A stretch of 64,000 nt of DNA from an uncultured Clostridia bacterium (GTDB lineage: Bacteria; Bacillota; Clostridia; TANB77; CAG-508). Shown piece after piece: positions 27,578 through 37,761 of the stretch (within the stretch, counting starts at the first letter, position 1; every line of letters begins with the position of its first letter). The translations under genes were made by a program, and so were the position numbers. The notes under the pieces were generated by a model, which saw only the letters and a list, made by a program, of their open reading frames with translations, did not search any database and was not told the DNA's origin. The stretch covers positions 39,715 to 103,714 of the forward strand of contig CANQEI010000001.1 in assembly GCA_947594845.1 (NCBI GenBank), read 5' to 3'.

Positions 27578-28258
27578 ATGATTGAGTTTAAGAATGTTAG
27601 CAAGGTGTATGAAACAGGAACAGAAGCAGTACATAATGTTAATTTTAAAATAGATAAAGGTGAATTTGTGTTCCTTGTTGGGTCATCTGGTTCAGGAAAA
27701 TCTACTTTAATAAAGTTAATTCTTAAAGAAGAAGAGCCAACAAGAGGAAATATAATAATAAATGGAAAAGATACTACATTTTTGAAACCTAAAAAAGTTC
27801 CATTTCTACGTAGAAGTATGGGAGTTGTTTTTCAGGATTTTAGATTGTTGCCTGATAAAACGGTTTATGAAAATGTAGCTTTTGCTATGTATATTGTAAA
27901 AGCTACACCAAGACATATAAGAAGACAAGTCCCAATGGTATTATCTTTAGTAGGATTAAGTGCAAAGGCAAAAATGTATCCAAATGAATTATCTGGTGGA
28001 GAACAACAAAGGGTAGCTCTTGCAAGGGCTTTAGTTAATAACCCATCAATGATAATCGCAGATGAGCCTACTGGAAACCTAGATCCTGATACAGCTTGGG
28101 AAATTATGAATTTATTAAATGACATTAATTTAAGAGGTACAACTGTTGTTATGGCTACACATGCTAAAAATATTGTTGATGCAATGAATAAAAGGGTTAT
28201 CCATATAGATAAAGGAAATATTATTAGAGACCAAAAAGGTGGATATGGTGAAGTTTAA
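27578..28258 (+). CDS. ftsE: Cell division ATP-binding protein FtsE
   Basis: Walker A 'GSSGSGKST' and ABC signature 'LSGGEQQRVALARAL'; 226 aa. Confidence 0.9.
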   Translation: MIEFKNVSKVYETGTEAVHNVNFKIDKGEFVFLVGSSGSGKSTLIKLILKEEEPTRGNIIINGKDTTFLKPKKVPFLRRSMGVVFQDFRLLPDKTVYENVAFAMYIVKATPRHIRRQVPMVLSLVGLSAKAKMYPNELSGGEQQRVALARALVNNPSMIIADEPTGNLDPDTAWEIMNLLNDINLRGTTVVMATHAKNIVDAMNKRVIHIDKGNIIRDQKGGYGEV

Positions 28259-28274
28259 ATTTGAAGGATAAAAG

Positions 28275-29201
28275 GTGAATATAGTGAGATATAACATATT
28301 AACTTATCATATTGGGGAAGGATTTAGAAATATATTTAAAAATAAAAAATCAACAGTTGCTTCTTTATGTATTATGATAGCTACAATGTTGATGTTCGGT
28401 ATATTTTATATAATTGGAGAAAACGTTAATCACATGATGACTAAAATAGAGGAAGATCAGGGATTAATGGTTTTCATTGTAAAAGATGCTGATGAGACAG
28501 AAGTACAAGAAGTTCGAGATATAATTAGTACGATTGATGGAGTGTCTTCTGCAACTATTTATACTAAGCAAGATGCTCTTGATGAATTGAAGGAAAAATG
28601 GCAAGATAAGCAAGATTTGCTAGAAGGATATGAAGGGGATAGTAATATATTCCCTGATTCAGTTGTTGTTAAATTAACTGACTTAGAGAAAAGTGCTGAG
28701 GTTCAGGAACAAATAAACAAAATAACAATAAATGGTGAGTCTTATGTTGATGAAATTAGAAGTAGCGATAAAGTTATAAATGCATTAATTAGTATTGCTA
28801 ATGGAATAAGAATTGTTACAGGTGTTTTATTAATATTGTTAATATCAATATCAATATTTATTATTTCAAACACTATAAAATTAACTGTTCATGCAAGAAG
28901 AAAAGAAATTTCCATTATGAAATATGTAGGTGCAACTAATTCATTTATTAGATGGCCTTTTATAGTGGAAGGTATTATAATTGGAGTAATAGCAGCTTTA
29001 GTAACAATATTAATTATTTATGCAGGTTATTCATTTGTTATTCAAAAAATAATGACTTCACTTGCAAATATTAGAGTAAGTGTTTCTTTATTAACATTTA
29101 ATGAAATTTATAAATTGATTTTAATTGTTTATTTGGCTTTAGGCATTGGAATTGGAGCTTTAGGTAGTTCAATTTCCATGAAGAAGTATTTACAAGTATA
29201 A
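28275..29201 (+). CDS. ftsX: Cell division permease FtsX
   Basis: Four-TM FtsX topology with an extracellular loop, immediately after ftsE. GTG start 6 nt downstream of GAAGGA. Confidence 0.85.
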   Translation: MNIVRYNILTYHIGEGFRNIFKNKKSTVASLCIMIATMLMFGIFYIIGENVNHMMTKIEEDQGLMVFIVKDADETEVQEVRDIISTIDGVSSATIYTKQDALDELKEKWQDKQDLLEGYEGDSNIFPDSVVVKLTDLEKSAEVQEQINKITINGESYVDEIRSSDKVINALISIANGIRIVTGVLLILLISISIFIISNTIKLTVHARRKEISIMKYVGATNSFIRWPFIVEGIIIGVIAALVTILIIYAGYSFVIQKIMTSLANIRVSVSLLTFNEIYKLILIVYLALGIGIGALGSSISMKKYLQV

Positions 29202-29275
29202 TAAAAAAATAATAAAAGGATAATATAAGAAAAAGTTATAAAAATTTTTGTAACTTAATATAAGGAGCATATTGA

Positions 29276-30445
29276 ATGAAAATTAAAATTATTAAAATTT
29301 TAGTAATTTTAGTTGTAATGTGCGTTGCTTTAATGGCATTATCAAGAAATTCATTTTCAGATTACGTTTCTAATTTAAGAGATCAGCAAGCTAATTTGCA
29401 GAGCCAATTAGAAGCCTCAAATGCTCAAGTAGAAATTATACAATCAGATATATCTTCTCTTGCTGCAGAAATAACAGCATTAAATGAAGAAATAACTTCT
29501 CAAGAAATTGAGGTTGAGTTGTTGCGTAAGCAAAGGCAAGAATTAGAAGATACAATAGAGCAAGCTGAAAAAGATTTGGATACTGCAACAGAAGAATATA
29601 ATAAGCAGAAAGTATTATTAGAAAAGAGGCTAGTTGCATCATATAAGACTGGAGATACAACATATCTAGAAGTCTTATTGCAATCAAGGTCTTTATCAGA
29701 TTTTATTTCAAATTATTATATGATTGAGCAAATTGTAGAAAATGACAATAAGATGTTAGAGGATATTAGTAAGAAAAAAGAAAGTTTAGAACTTGCTAAT
29801 GTCGAGTTAAAAAAACAAAAAAAGCAGCTAAATGAAACAGTTGAAGAAAGTGAAAATAAAGCAGTTTCTTTGGAAAACATGAGAGTAATCAATAATAGTT
29901 ATATTTCTCAATTGTCTGGAGAAGAAGCACAATATACAGCAGAAATTATTGAAATGCAAACAGAAATAAAAAGGGTTGAAGCAGAAATTCTAGATGCAGC
30001 TAATTTAAATATAGGTTATGACTATGTCGGTGGTGAGATGGCATGGCCTGTTCCTGGATATTCTAGAATTACTTCTAAATTTGGAATGAGAACACACCCA
30101 ATAACAGGAGTTTATAAACTTCATACAGGAGTAGATATTTCAGCCCCAATAGGTGCATCATTTATAGCAGCAAATGATGGTGTTGTTGTAAAATCAGAAA
30201 TGAATAAAGCATATGGAAATATGATTATGATAAATCATGGCGGCGGTGTTTCAACATTATATGCCCATGGTTCGGCAAGATTAGTTGAAGTTGGGCAACA
30301 AGTAAAACGTGGGGATGAAATATTAAAAGTAGGAAGTACAGGTTATTCTACAGGGCCTCATGCTCACTTCGAAGTTAGAATAAATGGACAATATGTGGAT
30401 CCAATTCCATATATTACTACTACAGAAAATGATGATGGAAATTAA
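29276..30445 (+). CDS. Coiled-coil M23 (LytM-type) peptidoglycan hydrolase, PcsB/EnvC-like, paralog 1
   Basis: N-terminal signal/TM, a long coiled coil, and M23 motifs 'HTGVD' and 'GPHAHFEVR'. Confidence 0.8.
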   Translation: MKIKIIKILVILVVMCVALMALSRNSFSDYVSNLRDQQANLQSQLEASNAQVEIIQSDISSLAAEITALNEEITSQEIEVELLRKQRQELEDTIEQAEKDLDTATEEYNKQKVLLEKRLVASYKTGDTTYLEVLLQSRSLSDFISNYYMIEQIVENDNKMLEDISKKKESLELANVELKKQKKQLNETVEESENKAVSLENMRVINNSYISQLSGEEAQYTAEIIEMQTEIKRVEAEILDAANLNIGYDYVGGEMAWPVPGYSRITSKFGMRTHPITGVYKLHTGVDISAPIGASFIAANDGVVVKSEMNKAYGNMIMINHGGGVSTLYAHGSARLVEVGQQVKRGDEILKVGSTGYSTGPHAHFEVRINGQYVDPIPYITTTENDDGN

Positions 30446-30460
30446 GGAGAAAAATAAAAA

Positions 30461-31642
30461 ATGACACATATATATCGTAATAAGATTATTGTTAGTATAT
30501 CAATATCTTTGTTAATTATTTTTTTCGGAAATATATTAATTTCTTTTGCAGAATCTACGTCAGAATTGAAACAGCAGCAACAGCAAAATCAAGAAGATAT
30601 TAAAGATGCACAAAATCAACAAATTGAAATAAGAAATCAGATGACTTCAATTCAAAAAGAGGTTGAAGATTTAAATACTAAAATTTCAAGTTGTGAAGAT
30701 GAAATATATGATTTGACTAATCAAATTACAGAAACAGAAGCAAATATAAAGTCTGCTGAAGAGGAAATAGAAAAAACACAAAAGGATTTAGAGGAAAAGG
30801 AAGACTTATTAGAAAAAAGATTGGTAGCATCATATAAGGCTGGAGACACTAGTTATTTAGATGTATTATTGAGTTCTGAAAATTTAACTTCATTTTTATC
30901 AAATTATTATATGATAGAAGAAATTGCAGAATTTGATAATCAACTTATTGAAACAGTAAAGGAAACTAAAAAACAACTAGAGGAATCAAAAAGAATATTA
31001 GAAGAAAGTAAAGTTAAACTAGAAGAAACTAAAAAGGTTCAGGAAACTAAAAAAGCTGAGTTAAATGCAACTAAAAATGAAAAAAATACTAAAGTTGCTC
31101 AACTTTCAGAAGAGGATCAGAATTTGCAAAAGAAAATAGAAGAAATGCAAGCAGAAGATTCTAGAATTAAAGCAGCAATACAAAGAGCAGAAGAGCAAGC
31201 AAGAAGAAATTCTGCAGGAGGTAGTGCACCTTCATCTAATCCAGGTGGATTCATATATCCTGTTCCTTCTGCATATGCTAAAGTAACTACTGGTTTATAT
31301 TATTCTAGTGGAGGATACCACGGAGCTGTTGATTTTGGTACAGGAGGAATAAATGGTCAGCCAGTGTATGCTGTTAAATCAGGAACAGTTGTATTAACAG
31401 CAGCATTAAATTATAGTTATGGAAATTACATTATTATAAATCATCATGATGGTACATATACTTTATATGCCCATGGACAAAAAGGTTCAATATGTGTTTC
31501 AGAAGGACAAAGTGTTTCACAAGGGCAGCAAATTATGAGAGTAGGAAGTACGGGCAATTCTACTGGTCCACACTTACATTTTGAAGTAAGAGTTGCACCA
31601 GGGGGATATTCTAATAGAGTAAATCCAATGAAATATTTATAA
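30461..31642 (+). CDS. Coiled-coil M23 peptidase, paralog 2
   Basis: Coiled coil with 'KRLVASYKAGDTSYLDVLLSSENLTSFLSNYYMIEE'. M23 motifs 'YHGAVD' and 'GPHLHFEVR'. Confidence 0.8.
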   Translation: MTHIYRNKIIVSISISLLIIFFGNILISFAESTSELKQQQQQNQEDIKDAQNQQIEIRNQMTSIQKEVEDLNTKISSCEDEIYDLTNQITETEANIKSAEEEIEKTQKDLEEKEDLLEKRLVASYKAGDTSYLDVLLSSENLTSFLSNYYMIEEIAEFDNQLIETVKETKKQLEESKRILEESKVKLEETKKVQETKKAELNATKNEKNTKVAQLSEEDQNLQKKIEEMQAEDSRIKAAIQRAEEQARRNSAGGSAPSSNPGGFIYPVPSAYAKVTTGLYYSSGGYHGAVDFGTGGINGQPVYAVKSGTVVLTAALNYSYGNYIIINHHDGTYTLYAHGQKGSICVSEGQSVSQGQQIMRVGSTGNSTGPHLHFEVRVAPGGYSNRVNPMKYL

Positions 31643-31673
31643 TATTAATATATAAATAATTAGGAGAAGTAAT

Positions 31674-32876
31674 ATGGAACACACAAGAAAAAATAAAATT
31701 ATTGCCGCACTGGCTATAATTTTAGTGATTACATTTTTAGGTAATGTAATGATTTCTTTTGCGGCCACACAATCAGAATTAGAAAAAGAAAGAAATGAGA
31801 CAAATCAAAAAATTGAAGATGCCAAGAAAAAGCAAACTGACATCCAAAATCAAATGAGTACAATAAAAAAGGAAGTAGAAGATTTAAATACTAAAATTTC
31901 GGGCTATCAAGATGAAATTTATGATTTATCATCTCAAATAGAAGAGACTGAACAAAAAATTACAGAGGCTGAGCAAGAAATCGAAAAAACACAAAAAGAT
32001 TTAGATTCAAAACAAGAATTATTAGAAAAAAGGTTAGTGGCATCATATAAAGCTGGTGATACTACTTATTTAGATGTTTTGCTTAGCTCAGATAGTTTAA
32101 CATCATTTTTATCAAATTATTATATGATTGAAGAATTAGCTGAATTTGATACAAAATTGATTGAAAGTGTGGAACAGACTAAAAAAGATATTGAGGAATC
32201 TAAGAAGGTTTTAGAAGATAGTAAGACAAAGTTAGAAGAAACAAAGAAATCTCAAGAATCTAAGAAAGCTGAATTAGATGCTGCCAAAAGTGCTAAAAAT
32301 TCAAAAGTTTCAGAACTTTCTGCCGAGGATAAAGAACTACAAAAACAAATAGATGAATTAAAAAATCATGAAGCTAGTGTTAGAAATAAAATTGAGCAAA
32401 TGAAAAAGGAATATGATAGACAACATAGTTCTGGAGGAAATTCAGGAGGCTCGGGTTCTAATTCTGGTTCAGGAACAAGTTCATATGGATTTGGTTGGCC
32501 AGTATCTAACCATTCAATAGGAACTGGGTATGGAGTAGCAGGCAAATATTGGAGTTCAGGGTACCATACAGGAGTGGATTTTCCTGTAGGAGTAGGTACA
32601 CCAGTATATTCTATTGGAGAGGGTCAAGTTTTTGATACAGGATATAATTCTGCATATGGAAATTTTGTTGAAATATATCATGGAAATAATATTTATAGCT
32701 TTTATGCACATGCTTCAAGTGTAAATGTTAGTGTAGGTCAAAAAGTTACTAAAGGTCAAAAAATAATGTCATCAGGAAAGAGTGGTAATGTTACTGGTCC
32801 ACATTTACATTTTGAAATCAGAACACCTGGTTATAGATATGCTAATTGTGTAAACCCTATGAAGTATTTACCATAA
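31674..32876 (+). CDS. Coiled-coil M23 peptidase, paralog 3
   Basis: Near-identical coiled-coil block to paralog 2. M23 motifs 'YHTGVD' and 'GPHLHFEIR'. Confidence 0.8.
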   Translation: MEHTRKNKIIAALAIILVITFLGNVMISFAATQSELEKERNETNQKIEDAKKKQTDIQNQMSTIKKEVEDLNTKISGYQDEIYDLSSQIEETEQKITEAEQEIEKTQKDLDSKQELLEKRLVASYKAGDTTYLDVLLSSDSLTSFLSNYYMIEELAEFDTKLIESVEQTKKDIEESKKVLEDSKTKLEETKKSQESKKAELDAAKSAKNSKVSELSAEDKELQKQIDELKNHEASVRNKIEQMKKEYDRQHSSGGNSGGSGSNSGSGTSSYGFGWPVSNHSIGTGYGVAGKYWSSGYHTGVDFPVGVGTPVYSIGEGQVFDTGYNSAYGNFVEIYHGNNIYSFYAHASSVNVSVGQKVTKGQKIMSSGKSGNVTGPHLHFEIRTPGYRYANCVNPMKYLP

Positions 32877-33004
32877 TATTATATATAATTAAAGTTTGAA
32901 AAATAATTAAATAAAAATTATTAGGAAATCGGAAAAATAAAATTTGTATGTTTTAATTATTTTTCAAACTTGATTTTTGCTTAAAAGGAGGAATAATTGT
33001 AAAA

Positions 33005-34204
33005 GTGGAAGAAGATAAAAAATATAATTCTCTAATTAAAATAATTTTGGCGGTAGTAGTTACTTTTATTATTACGTTCTGTGGTACTATTTTATTGTAT
33101 TATCATTATTTATCAAAACAAGGTGCAATTGTACAAGAGTATGATTCATCAAAAGATATATCAGAATATCTTGATGCAGTAAGAACCAAATTAGAAAACG
33201 AATACAAAGGAGAGATAGATGATGAAAAATTAAAGGAAGCTGCTGTTAAAGGATATGTTGAAGGATTAGGGGATGAATATACAGAATATTTAACAGAATC
33301 CGAATGGGATACTTTAAATTCAGAATTATCTGATTTCGTTGGAATAGGTGTGTATCTTGCTGAAAATAAAAATACTAAGGAAACAGTCATAGTTGGAGTA
33401 GTAAATGATGAAACACCTGCTGCTAAAGCTGGTTTACAGGCAGGGGATATAATAATTGAAGTTAATTTAGAAGATGTTTCAACTATGGGATCAAATTATA
33501 TTTCTTCTAAAGTAAAAGGTATAGAAGGTTCTTCAGTTAAAATTAAAGTTTTAAGAGGAGAAGAAAAACTTACATTTGATGTTGTAAGAGAAAAAATAAA
33601 AATGTATGAAATAAAATACGAAATGTTAGAAAACAATATTGGATACATTGATTTTGATTCTTTTACAGATACAAGTTATGAAGAATTTGAAAATGCTTAT
33701 AATGAGTTAAAGAAACAAGGTGCAAAATCACTAATAGTTGATATTAGAGATAATGGTGGAGGATATGTTGATTCTGCTTTAAAAATTGCAGATTTGTTTG
33801 TTGAAAAAAATCAACCATTACTTATAACTGAAGATAAAGATGGAGCAAGGGTTACACAATCTTCTAAGACTGGAAAAACTATTGATGTGCCAGTTGTATT
33901 ATTGGTTAATGAATATTCAGCAAGTGCTTCTGAAATTTTAACCGGAATATTGAAAGATTACAAAATTGCTACAATTGTTGGAACAAAAACATATGGAAAA
34001 GGTGTAATGCAAACTATTTTCCCAAATGTTTATAAGGGAGCTTTAAAAATTACAACAGCAGAATATTTTTCTCCTAATGGAAATAAAATAAATAAAATAG
34101 GAATTGATCCAGATGTTGAAGTAAAATTAGAGATTGATTCTCAAACAAAATTAACAAAAGAAAATGATAATCAATTAAAGAAAGCAATAGAATTACTTAA
34201 ATAA
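33005..34204 (+). CDS. ctpA: Carboxyl-terminal processing protease (S41) with PDZ domain
   Basis: PDZ 'AGLQAGDIIIEVN'. S41 motifs 'LVNEYSASASEIL' and 'TYGKG'. GTG start. Confidence 0.85.
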   Translation: MEEDKKYNSLIKIILAVVVTFIITFCGTILLYYHYLSKQGAIVQEYDSSKDISEYLDAVRTKLENEYKGEIDDEKLKEAAVKGYVEGLGDEYTEYLTESEWDTLNSELSDFVGIGVYLAENKNTKETVIVGVVNDETPAAKAGLQAGDIIIEVNLEDVSTMGSNYISSKVKGIEGSSVKIKVLRGEEKLTFDVVREKIKMYEIKYEMLENNIGYIDFDSFTDTSYEEFENAYNELKKQGAKSLIVDIRDNGGGYVDSALKIADLFVEKNQPLLITEDKDGARVTQSSKTGKTIDVPVVLLVNEYSASASEILTGILKDYKIATIVGTKTYGKGVMQTIFPNVYKGALKITTAEYFSPNGNKINKIGIDPDVEVKLEIDSQTKLTKENDNQLKKAIELLK

Positions 34205-34215
34205 TAAAATAAACA

Positions 34216-34251
34216 AAAATGCCATACAAAGTTATTTTGTATGGCATTTTA
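34216..34251. terminator. Bidirectional terminator (ctpA / tRNA operon)
   Basis: 'aaaatgccatacaaa gtta ttttgtatggcatttt'. Confidence 0.65.
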
Positions 34252-34435
34252 TAAATTTGTGAAAGAATAGAGAAAAATACAAAATTTTATTTTTTTAAAT
34301 ATACGAATATTTGTTGAAAATCTGACAACCTTTCTGACAACCATTTTAATAGAAAATATATAAAATATAGACTTGATAGAATACTTTTTGGAATAATAAA
34401 AAACAGCTGTATCTTTTGATATAGCTGTTTTACAG

Positions 34436-34511
<76 letters not shown>

Positions 34512-34550
34512 AAATATAAATTAAAACTATCTAGAGGTCTAGATAGTTGT

Positions 34551-34627
34551 TGGCGACCCGGAACGGGCTCGAACCGTCGACCTCTAGCGTGACAGGCTAG
34601 CGTTCTAACCAACTGAACTACCGGGCC
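34551..34627 (-). tRNA. tRNA-Asp(GTC)
   Basis: The reverse complement reads GGCCCGGTAGTTCAGTTGGTTAGAACGCTAGCCTGTCACGCTAGAGG...GCCA. Anticodon loop is CTGTCAC. Confidence 0.9.
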
Positions 34628-34635
34628 ATAAAATA

Positions 34636-34711
34636 TGGTGGTCGCTATAGGGCTCGAACCTATGACCCCCTGCTTGTAAGGCAGATGCTCTCCCAGCTGA
34701 GCTAAGCGACC
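34636..34711 (-). tRNA. tRNA-Val(TAC)
   Basis: The reverse complement reads GGTCGCTTAGCTCAGCTGGGAGAGCATCTGCCTTACAAGCAGGGG...ACCA. Anticodon loop is CTTACAA. Confidence 0.9.
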
Positions 34712-34739
34712 ATTGTTATCAGCATTGCTGACATGACTT

Positions 34740-34768
34740 AGTATACTAGATTTTAAATAACTTGTCAA
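34740..34768 (-). promoter_or_regulatory. SigA-type promoter of the tRNA Val-Asp-Phe operon
   Basis: On the minus strand: TTGACA, a 17-nt spacer, then TATACT, ending ~28 nt upstream of tRNA-Val. Confidence 0.6.
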
Positions 34769-34900
34769 TATTTTTTTAATAATTTTTTGAAAAAACAAGA
34801 AAATTGAAATTTACATTAAAAATTTCAATTTTTGGTTGCATAAAAAAAGAAAAATATGTATAATTTCAGACAGATAAGGATTAAGGAAATGGTGAATAAT

Positions 34901-35350
34901 ATGAAAAAAAATATAGTTATAATTTTAATTTTTGCCATAATTATAGTTTCTATATTAGGAATTGTTTTATATAATAGAGAACATGGAATAACAAATGAAA
35001 TAGATGCAGAAATCATTATAGAAATATCAGATTTCAAAAGTAAATTAGAGGAAAATAATCTTAATATAGAAAAAGAAGAAACTAGTGATAATCCTTCAAT
35101 AATAGGTGCAGAAGAAGGAGTTAAATATACAATTTCAGGTTCATCAATTCAAGTATATAGATATAATTTACATAGTAAAGATGAATTGGCTGTGTCAAAT
35201 GTGAAAAAAGCGGAAGAAGAAGGAAAAATAATATTACCAAATTTTGATGATACAGAAATAAAAGTAATTTATAATAAAGGGTTAATTCTAACAAATTATG
35301 AAGATCACCCAGATAGTGAAAAGATAATTGAAATTTTTAAATCATTATAA
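34901..35350 (+). CDS. Secreted/membrane-anchored hypothetical protein
   Basis: N-terminal signal 'MKKNIVIILIFAIIIVSILGIVL'. ATG at 34901 lies 5 nt downstream of GGTGA; the alternative ATG at 34889 is 9 nt downstream of TAAGGA. Confidence 0.5.
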   Translation: MKKNIVIILIFAIIIVSILGIVLYNREHGITNEIDAEIIIEISDFKSKLEENNLNIEKEETSDNPSIIGAEEGVKYTISGSSIQVYRYNLHSKDELAVSNVKKAEEEGKIILPNFDDTEIKVIYNKGLILTNYEDHPDSEKIIEIFKSL

Positions 35351-35501
35351 TTAGACTCTTTATGGGTCTTTTTTTATACAATCACAAATATTGTGTTAAT
35401 ATTTTTGCAGAAATAAATATCTTTCCCAACAAATAAATTTGCGAAAATCTAAAGATAACAGGTAGTTATTGTATTGGTATTATATTTTAAAGGAGAATTT
35501 T

Positions 35502-36728
35502 ATGAAAAAAATTGTGGAATTAATTTTATTGATAATTCTACTATTTGGAGGAATATTCTTAATAAATAAATTTTTTAAAACAAAACAAGTATCAAATGAT
35601 TCTAATGTTGTGCAACAGATAGAGGAAGAAGAAAATACTGTAATTGAGGAAAAGCCGAAAGATAGTACAATGCATATGACTGTTGCTGGAGACGTTATTT
35701 GCCATAATTCTAATTATAAAGATGCATATGATTCAAAAACTGATACATATGATTTTTCTTATTCTTTTGCAGATATAGAGAAATATTTTAAAGATGCTGA
35801 TATAGTTATAGGTACATTAGAAACTAATTTCGCAGGAAAAGAAGCTGGATATAGTAATTATCCAAGATTTAATAGTCCAGAACATCTTGCAACTGATTTA
35901 AAAGAGTTAGGTTTTGATATTTTAGTAACTGCTCAAAATCACTGCCTTGATACTGGATATTCTGGTTTAGTAAAAACTTTAGAAGAATTAGATAAAAATG
36001 GAATTGAACATACTGGTACTTATTCTTCAGAAGAAAGTAGTAAAGAATATTTAATAAAAGATATAAATGGAATAAAAACAGCTTTTTTGAATTATACTTA
36101 TGGAACTAATGGTATTCCAATTCCAAAAGGAAAAGAATATGCTGTAAATTTAATAGATAAAGAAAAGATGAAGAGTGATATTGAAAATGTTAAAGCACAA
36201 GGAGTGGACTTGATTTGTGTTAATATGCATTGGGGAATAGAATATAAATTACAACAAAATTCTGAACAAGAAGATTTGGCTGATTTTTTATTTGAAAATG
36301 GTGTTGATGTAATTTTAGGAAGTCATCCACATTGCGTAGAGCCTATGGAAAAAAGAACTATTACTTTAGAAGATGGAACTACTAAAGATGGTTTTATAAT
36401 TTATTCAATAGGAAACTTTATGTCTGGACAAAATCAAGCAAATACTCGACAATCAGCAATTTTTGACATATATATTACTAAGCATGGCGATACTGGAAAA
36501 ATAACAATTGATAGTGTTAAGTATACACCAACATATATGTATAATTATTATAATTCTAAAGTAACTCACAAATATAAGATTATGGATATTGAAGAAGAAA
36601 TTGCTAAGTATGAAGCTGGAGACACATCAATAGGGGCTAGTTTATATAATACCTTAAAGAAAGAATTAGCTAATATATATGAAGTATTGGGTGATGAAAT
36701 TATTAGTGATGAACAATCAGAAGAATAA
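35502..36728 (+). CDS. CapA/PgsA-family (poly-gamma-glutamate synthesis-type) metallophosphatase, membrane-anchored
   Basis: Signal anchor, then 'MHMTVAGDVICH...', 'CVNMHWGIEY' and 'GSHPH' metallophosphatase motifs. RBS 'aaggag'. Confidence 0.75.
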   Translation: MKKIVELILLIILLFGGIFLINKFFKTKQVSNDSNVVQQIEEEENTVIEEKPKDSTMHMTVAGDVICHNSNYKDAYDSKTDTYDFSYSFADIEKYFKDADIVIGTLETNFAGKEAGYSNYPRFNSPEHLATDLKELGFDILVTAQNHCLDTGYSGLVKTLEELDKNGIEHTGTYSSEESSKEYLIKDINGIKTAFLNYTYGTNGIPIPKGKEYAVNLIDKEKMKSDIENVKAQGVDLICVNMHWGIEYKLQQNSEQEDLADFLFENGVDVILGSHPHCVEPMEKRTITLEDGTTKDGFIIYSIGNFMSGQNQANTRQSAIFDIYITKHGDTGKITIDSVKYTPTYMYNYYNSKVTHKYKIMDIEEEIAKYEAGDTSIGASLYNTLKKELANIYEVLGDEIISDEQSEE

Positions 36729-36745
36729 CGAAAGGAAAAATATTT

Positions 36746-37300
36746 ATGAAAGATGAATTTATTAAATTATTAGAGAGTACAAAAAGGGAAGGAATAGAGG
36801 AAATTATACAATTTCTTGAAAAAACAGATTTTTTTAAAGCTCCTGCGAGTACAAGATATCATGGAAATCATGAATGCGGATTATTAGAGCATAGTATGAA
36901 AGTGTATGAGATACTTAAAAATAAGGTAAAAAATGCTGTCATAGATTTAGATGTTTCAGAAGATACATTAATAATAATTGCATTATTGCATGATATTTGT
37001 AAAGTTAATTATTATAAAGTAGATTATAGAAATGCTAAAAATGATAGGGGCGAATGGGAAAAAGTGCCATATTATACGGTAGATGATACTATACCATATG
37101 GACATGGTGAAAAGTCTGTTATGATGATTACAGAATATATGAAATTAACTAGTGAAGAAAAATATGCTATTAGATGGCATATGGGATTTACAGAGCCAAA
37201 AGAATTATATGGAACAATAGGGCAAGCTTATAAGAAATATCCTTTAGCTTTATTATTACATGAAGCGGATTTGGAATCTTCATATTTTTTCGATATTTAA
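36746..37300 (+). CDS. HD-domain phosphohydrolase
   Basis: 'RYHGNHECGLLEHS' and 'ALLHDICK' form the HD motif. Confidence 0.8.
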   Translation: MKDEFIKLLESTKREGIEEIIQFLEKTDFFKAPASTRYHGNHECGLLEHSMKVYEILKNKVKNAVIDLDVSEDTLIIIALLHDICKVNYYKVDYRNAKNDRGEWEKVPYYTVDDTIPYGHGEKSVMMITEYMKLTSEEKYAIRWHMGFTEPKELYGTIGQAYKKYPLALLLHEADLESSYFFDI

Positions 37301-37304
37301 TAAA

Positions 37305-37337
37305 AAACCTCCAATTAATTATTGGAGGTTTTATTAC
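37305..37337. terminator. Bidirectional terminator (overlaps 3' end of minus-strand gene)
   Basis: 'aacctccaat taatt attggaggtt' with flanking T-run. Confidence 0.6.
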
Positions 37338-37635
37338 TGAATAATGTGTTCATTTTATTTGATATATTTTGTTTTAGTTCATTAGTTTTACTGAGATCAA
37401 ATTCATAATTAAATCCAGATTTTTTTAGTACATCACCATCATTTAAAAATGGGGGAAGTTTGGTAGTTTTTACTTCAAATGTTTTGTGTGTTTGCCTATT
37501 TTGTAAAATTGTATAATCTCCTTCTTTTCTGTCGACTACAAAGTATTGCATTTCTTCTAAAGCACCTCCTAAAATTGTAATAAAATTTGAATTTGAAAAT
37601 TTTTTCCCCAGATTTTGTTGTAAATTAATATCCAT
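37315..37635 (-). CDS. DUF3006-like small protein
   Basis: 'QYFVVDRKEGDYTILQNRQ...KLPPFLNDGDVL' fits the DUF3006 pattern (EGDYAVLE...LP...EGDVL). Confidence 0.55.
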   Translation of the reverse strand: MDINLQQNLGKKFSNSNFITILGGALEEMQYFVVDRKEGDYTILQNRQTHKTFEVKTTKLPPFLNDGDVLKKSGFNYEFDLSKTNELKQNISNKMNTLFSNKTSNN

Positions 37636-37761
37636 TATTTATAAATTTTTATTATATTAGACTAAAAGTTTTTAAATTATATCATAGACATGTGAATAAA
37701 TCAAGGAAAAATCTGTTGACATAGTGAAACATTTGTTTTATAATTTCTCTAGGAGTTAATT

